Shown here: positions 35,492-39,100 of the stretch, piece after piece
Numbering within the stretch: position 1 is the first letter of the stretch
Layout: each line of letters opens with the position of its first letter
Source of the DNA: Candidatus Woesearchaeota archaeon
GTDB taxonomy: Archaea > Nanobdellota > Nanobdellia > Woesearchaeales > GW2011-AR4
Direction: 5' to 3'
DNA length: 39,100 bases
Assembly (NCBI GenBank): GCA_016185805.1
Contig: JACPMW010000009.1
Location: 1 to 39,100, forward strand
Program-made: the position numbers and the translations under genes
Notes under the pieces: model-generated
Seen by the model: the letters and a program-made list of their open reading frames with translations, nothing else
Told to the model about the DNA's origin: nothing
Databases searched by the model: none

Positions 35492-35575
35492 GCCTCAAAC
35501 CAACAGATAGCCATATAAAAAGGTTGCTAAACTAGAGGGAAAACCTTTTAATAATGCCATGTTTTGTTCTGGGCT

Positions 35576-36745
35576 ATGAAAATATGCATATTGGCCACCT
35601 CTTATCCAAGGTCAAAAGATGACTATTGGGTGCCTTTCATGCACTCGTGGGCAAGGGAACTGGCAAAGAGAGAAGATGTTACAGTTGTGACTTCCGGAGG
35701 CCCTGATACAAGTGAATTTGAGTTAAGGGACAATGTCAGGATTTATCGCTTCAGCTATTTCTACCCAAAAAGGCTGCAGGCATTGACCTACACGGGAGGC
35801 ATGGGTGAAAGCTTCAATAAAAGCCTCATTGCAAAAATACAAGCCCCTTTCTTCATGCTAGCATTTATGCTCAAGTCATTGAAGTTAGCCAAAGATTGCG
35901 ATGTAATAAATGCCCATTGGGCCTTGTCAGGATTGGTGGCTTTGCCTTTGAAATGGCTTTATAAAAAGCCGGTTGTCTTGACAGAGCATGGAGGAAGCAT
36001 AAGGATGCTGCCAAAATGGCTTAACAAGTTTATAGTAAAAAGAATGGATGCCGTGACATCGGCGCATTATGACATGGCTGAGATTATCAAAAAAATGGGC
36101 GCAAAGAATGTTGTCGACATCAAAAATTTCCTGAACGAGGAAAAATTTCTGAAAGGCCATGACAAAGCTGCAATCAAAAAAAAGCTAAGGATAAAAAATG
36201 AGCTTGTAGTCACTTTTATTGGAAGGTTCGAGCCATTAAAAGATCCTCTGACTTTTGTAAACTCCATCCCCTATGCAGTAAAGTCAATGAAAAATGTCAA
36301 ATTTATTATGGTTGGAGATGGGCATTTAAAGGGCGAAATTGGAAGACAGATTGGAAAATTGGGCGTTAAAAAGCATTTGATTACGCCAGGCCCTTCCCCA
36401 AATGTTGAGGACTATCTTGCGGTATCTGACATATTTATAGCGTGCAGCGCAACAGAGAATTGCTTCAGCACAACTATTCTGGAGGCAATGCTTTCAAAAG
36501 TTCCATGCATCATAACAAAGGCTGGAATGACAGAAAGGTTTTTTGTTCATAAAAAAGACGCTTATCTTGTTGAAAAGAAAAATCCAAAGCAACTGGGAGA
36601 GTCTATTGTTAAGCTATTAAATGATAAAAAACTAAGGAAAAAATTGCCTAATAACGGATTAAGGTTTCTTGACGGATACGGGTTCAGGAATAAAGTCATA
36701 AAAGAAAAAATAATGAAGATTTTCAATGAGGTCGTAAAAACTTAG
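35576..36745 (+). CDS. GT4-family (GT-B fold) glycosyltransferase
   Basis: I prefer the ATG at 35576 (MKICILATSYP) over the TTG at 35564. The C-terminal Glycos_transf_1 pattern is FIGRFEPLKDP...VKFIMVGDG...ATENCFSTTILEAMLSKVPCI (E-x7-E region). Confidence 0.8.
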   Translation: MKICILATSYPRSKDDYWVPFMHSWARELAKREDVTVVTSGGPDTSEFELRDNVRIYRFSYFYPKRLQALTYTGGMGESFNKSLIAKIQAPFFMLAFMLKSLKLAKDCDVINAHWALSGLVALPLKWLYKKPVVLTEHGGSIRMLPKWLNKFIVKRMDAVTSAHYDMAEIIKKMGAKNVVDIKNFLNEEKFLKGHDKAAIKKKLRIKNELVVTFIGRFEPLKDPLTFVNSIPYAVKSMKNVKFIMVGDGHLKGEIGRQIGKLGVKKHLITPGPSPNVEDYLAVSDIFIACSATENCFSTTILEAMLSKVPCIITKAGMTERFFVHKKDAYLVEKKNPKQLGESIVKLLNDKKLRKKLPNNGLRFLDGYGFRNKVIKEKIMKIFNEVVKT

Positions 36746-37496
36746 GATTGTATGTTATATTATTCCTCTTTCTCAATTTAGTCATGACTTCATGCAATGT
36801 TTCTATCTCGAAGCCATCCTGCGTCATGAAAAATTCCTGTATCTGCCTGCCCCATTTCTTGAATGGAGTCGGATGCGTCAGGACAATAAGCAAGCCATTT
36901 GTTTTTCTGGCAATGTCAACAACATCCTTGTAGAGCGCCTTGATGTTTTCACCCTTGCCTTTGTGCAGATTGATGAATTCTATCTCCGGCAGATGCGGGA
37001 ATTCTATCAGGCCAAGCGTTGTTAAAAATGGCTTGAACAAGCTTAATTTTGTCCAGTTGTCATAGCTTGAGTCTGCCTTGAAGTAGTCCTTTACAAGCTT
37101 CAGGTCAGGCAAATGATACTGGTGCGCTCTTACGATTTCCGTTTTTTTCCCGATAAGCTCGTCTATAATCCCCTTTTCCTCAATGACTTTCTTCATGCTG
37201 TTTCCGATGAAATTAGCATGGTATTGGAAATCCCATTTCGAATTCCTGCTTGCCCACTTTTTTGATGGATGTGACATGGCAAGCAGGAACATTGTTGACT
37301 TGATGCCATACTTCTTCTCAATGTCAATTATTTCGTCAATATTAGGCTCGTACCCTTCGTCAATGTCATGCGTGAAAACAAGTGTTGGCTTGTCAAGCTC
37401 CAGGGATTTCTTATGATAGTCAAGATACTTTGTCTTTGCGTACCGTTTTCTTAGCCTCCTTATTGATGCAGCCAGAAGATAATGGAGATATCTCAT
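36723..37496 (-). CDS. polysaccharide-deacetylase-like (CE4-type) protein, divergent
   Basis: LVFTHDIDEG resembles the TFDDG motif-1 position. FQYHANF and RAHQYH are His-rich blocks, and LIVLTHP is also present. The glycan-cluster context supports the call. Assignment is tentative. Confidence 0.45.
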   Translation of the reverse strand: MRYLHYLLAASIRRLRKRYAKTKYLDYHKKSLELDKPTLVFTHDIDEGYEPNIDEIIDIEKKYGIKSTMFLLAMSHPSKKWASRNSKWDFQYHANFIGNSMKKVIEEKGIIDELIGKKTEIVRAHQYHLPDLKLVKDYFKADSSYDNWTKLSLFKPFLTTLGLIEFPHLPEIEFINLHKGKGENIKALYKDVVDIARKTNGLLIVLTHPTPFKKWGRQIQEFFMTQDGFEIETLHEVMTKLRKRNNITYNPKFLRPH

Positions 37497-38587
37497 TTTG
37501 TGAATTCTTTGATGGATTTGGCAACAAGCTCTATCTCTTCCTGCTTCAGCTCCGGGTACATTGGCAATGAGATTATTTCATCGACGCACTTTTCCGCAAC
37601 TGGAAAGCTTCCTCTTTCATGGCCCAGAAATGAATATGCTTCCTGCAAGTGAATTGGAGTCGGGTAATGGATTGCTGTCTGTACCCCCTTTGAATTCAGA
37701 TGCTCCATCAGTTTCTGCCTTTGCTTCGCCCTTATAACATACAAGTGATAAACATGCTTGTTGTAATTCCTCTCAACAGGCCTTGCAACATCGCAATCCT
37801 CAAGCATCTCATCATATATTTTTGCATTTTTTCTTCTCATTTCTATCCATTCGTCAAGATGCTTTAGCTTGACCCTTAGGACAGCAGCCTGCAATTCCTC
37901 AAGCCTGTAATTGTACCCGATATGCTTGTGCACATGCTTCTTTATTTGCCCATGGTCGCGGTAAGCCCTTATCAGCTCATCAGATTCCTTGTCATTTGTT
38001 ACAATTGCCCCTCCTTCCCCATAAGCCCCCAGGTTTTTTGCAGGATAGAAGGAAAAGCATCCAATGTCCGCTATTGGCACTTTTTTTTTGTGATGCTCAG
38101 CCCCATGGGCCTGGCAGGCATCCTCTATCACGCTCAGATTATTCTTTCTTGCAATTTCCAAAATCTCGCTCATGTCAGCCGGCTGCCCATACAAATCAAC
38201 AGGGATTATTGCCTTTGTTTTTGGCGTTATTGCCTTTTTCAATTTTTCAGCATCCATATTGTATGTATCCTCATCAATATCCGCAAATTTCGGAGTTGCA
38301 CCTGTGTAAGAGATGGCCTCGCAGGTTGCAAAAAAAGTGTTTGGAGTTGTAAGCACTTCATCTCCTTTTCCAATGCCCTTTGCAAGCAGCGCAAGATGCA
38401 GCGCAGATGTCCCTGTGTTCAGCCCGATGCAATGCTTTGCATTGCAGAACCTGGCAAATTCATTTTCAAAATCAGATAGCTGCTGGCCAAGTATGTAAGA
38501 AGTTGATTCAAGAACTCCGTCAATCGCCTTCCTGACTTCATCCCTTATGGAATTGTACTGCTGTTTTAAGTCAACAAATTTTATCAT
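37493..38587 (-). CDS. DegT/DnrJ/EryC1/StrS-family PLP-dependent sugar aminotransferase
   Basis: MIKFVDLKQQYNSIRDEVRKAIDGVLESTSYILGQQLSDFENEFARF...NTGTSALHLAL matches the family. SFYPAKNLGAYGEGGAIVTND covers the Lys region. Length is 364 aa. Confidence 0.85.
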   Translation of the reverse strand: MIKFVDLKQQYNSIRDEVRKAIDGVLESTSYILGQQLSDFENEFARFCNAKHCIGLNTGTSALHLALLAKGIGKGDEVLTTPNTFFATCEAISYTGATPKFADIDEDTYNMDAEKLKKAITPKTKAIIPVDLYGQPADMSEILEIARKNNLSVIEDACQAHGAEHHKKKVPIADIGCFSFYPAKNLGAYGEGGAIVTNDKESDELIRAYRDHGQIKKHVHKHIGYNYRLEELQAAVLRVKLKHLDEWIEMRRKNAKIYDEMLEDCDVARPVERNYNKHVYHLYVIRAKQRQKLMEHLNSKGVQTAIHYPTPIHLQEAYSFLGHERGSFPVAEKCVDEIISLPMYPELKQEEIELVAKSIKEFTK

Positions 38588-38617
38588 TTTGATTTTTTAT
38601 ATCATTATTATATATTT

Positions 38618-38777
38618 AAAATTTCAAACACTGACTGGAGACCCATGCTCTGCATATAATAATGGGTGCCCCTCAAAAGTATTGTTGCATTATATCTAAG
38701 CAAGCAAATGCAGCAAACCCAAACTGGTCTCCTCAAACTCGATTTGTTTCCAGAGGACGTTTTCGGGTTTGAAATTT
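38618..38777. repeat. ~160-nt multi-stem inverted-repeat element between two glycan genes
   Basis: The termini aaaatttcaaac (38618-29) and gtttgaaattt (38767-77) are complementary. Internal pairs are ggagacc/ggtctcc (38637-43 with 38726-32) and acccat/atgggt (38641-46 with 38662-67). The termini resemble those of the 20313-20445 hairpin (aaatttcaac...gttgaaattt). Confidence 0.45.
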
Positions 38778-38814
38778 CGTTTTGTGTGTGTTATATTCTT
38801 TAATAACCTAACTT

Positions 38815-39100
38815 TTAAATCAAATCCTTAACTTTTCCAATTACTCTTGCCGGATTTCCCGCAACAATTGAATTATCTGGCACATCTTTTGTAACTACAG
38901 AGCCTGCCCCCACAAGCGAATTCTTTCCTATTGTTACGCCGCATAAGATCGTTGCATTGGCCCCAATGCTTGCCCTTTTCTTCACCAAAGTCTTGGCCAC
39001 TGTCCAATCCTGGCTTGTCTTGAGCTCTCCGTCCTCTGTTGTCGCTCTCGGCAGCTTGTCATTTGTAAAGCATGCATGAGGCCCGACAAACACCCCATCT
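38815..39100 (-). CDS. hexapeptide-repeat (left-handed beta-helix) sugar acetyltransferase, C-terminal part; 5' end outside the window
   Basis: [44 protein letters not shown] shows canonical LbH hexapeptide repeats. The reading frame remains open to the window edge. Confidence 0.8.
   Translation of the reverse strand, partial: DGVFVGPHACFTNDKLPRATTEDGELKTSQDWTVAKTLVKKRASIGANATILCGVTIGKNSLVGAGSVVTKDVPDNSIVAGNPARVIGKVKDLI

Overview
This is an archaeal window. It carries aMBF1, RadB, a Fap7-type kinase, an archaeal-type 5S rRNA, TATA-box promoters and tightly packed, overlapping genes. A small-genome DPANN-like lineage is my inference only.

The window falls into four blocks:

1. 1-8.9 kb: genes for a biotin-dependent acyl-CoA carboxylase (biotin carboxylase, BCCP, carboxyltransferase, BirA). 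They sit with a thiolase, a FabZ-like dehydratase, a thioesterase and an inserted membrane-anchored beta-lactamase-fold protein.
2. 9-17.6 kb: RadB, a processive GT2 synthase, a CxxC thioredoxin-like protein, a frameshifted GT-C glycosyltransferase and aMBF1. These are followed by an AT-rich free-standing LAGLIDADG gene, YjbQ, Fap7, a cyclophilin-like protein and a short NFACT-N protein.
3. 17.6-25.1 kb: an accessory island. It starts with a wHTH + RelE/ParE-like pair and then holds two convergent cassettes. Each cassette is bracketed by inverted copies of its own upstream region. One cassette encodes small proteins and lipobox proteins. The other is strongly AT-rich and encodes a Cas4/RecB-like nuclease, a NurA-like protein and a HerA-like ATPase. 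The cassettes are separated by unusually long non-coding DNA rich in repeats and hairpins. The island ends at a solitary 5S rRNA.
4. 25.2-39.1 kb: a surface-glycan cluster. It encodes an RHH-nucleotidyltransferase fusion, UDP-glucose dehydrogenase, a sugar-1-P nucleotidyltransferase and UDP-xylose synthase. It also encodes a B12-radical SAM enzyme, two paralogous Pol-beta-fold NTases, a Wzx flippase, a GT4, a deacetylase-like protein, a DegT aminotransferase and a hexapeptide acetyltransferase.

The best candidate for an undescribed system is the nuclease/NurA/HerA cassette. A shared ~110-130 bp upstream module ties it to the wHTH/RelE-like pair.

I recognised no CRISPR array, tRNA, integrase or transposase. 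All homology calls come from motif recognition by eye, not database searches.
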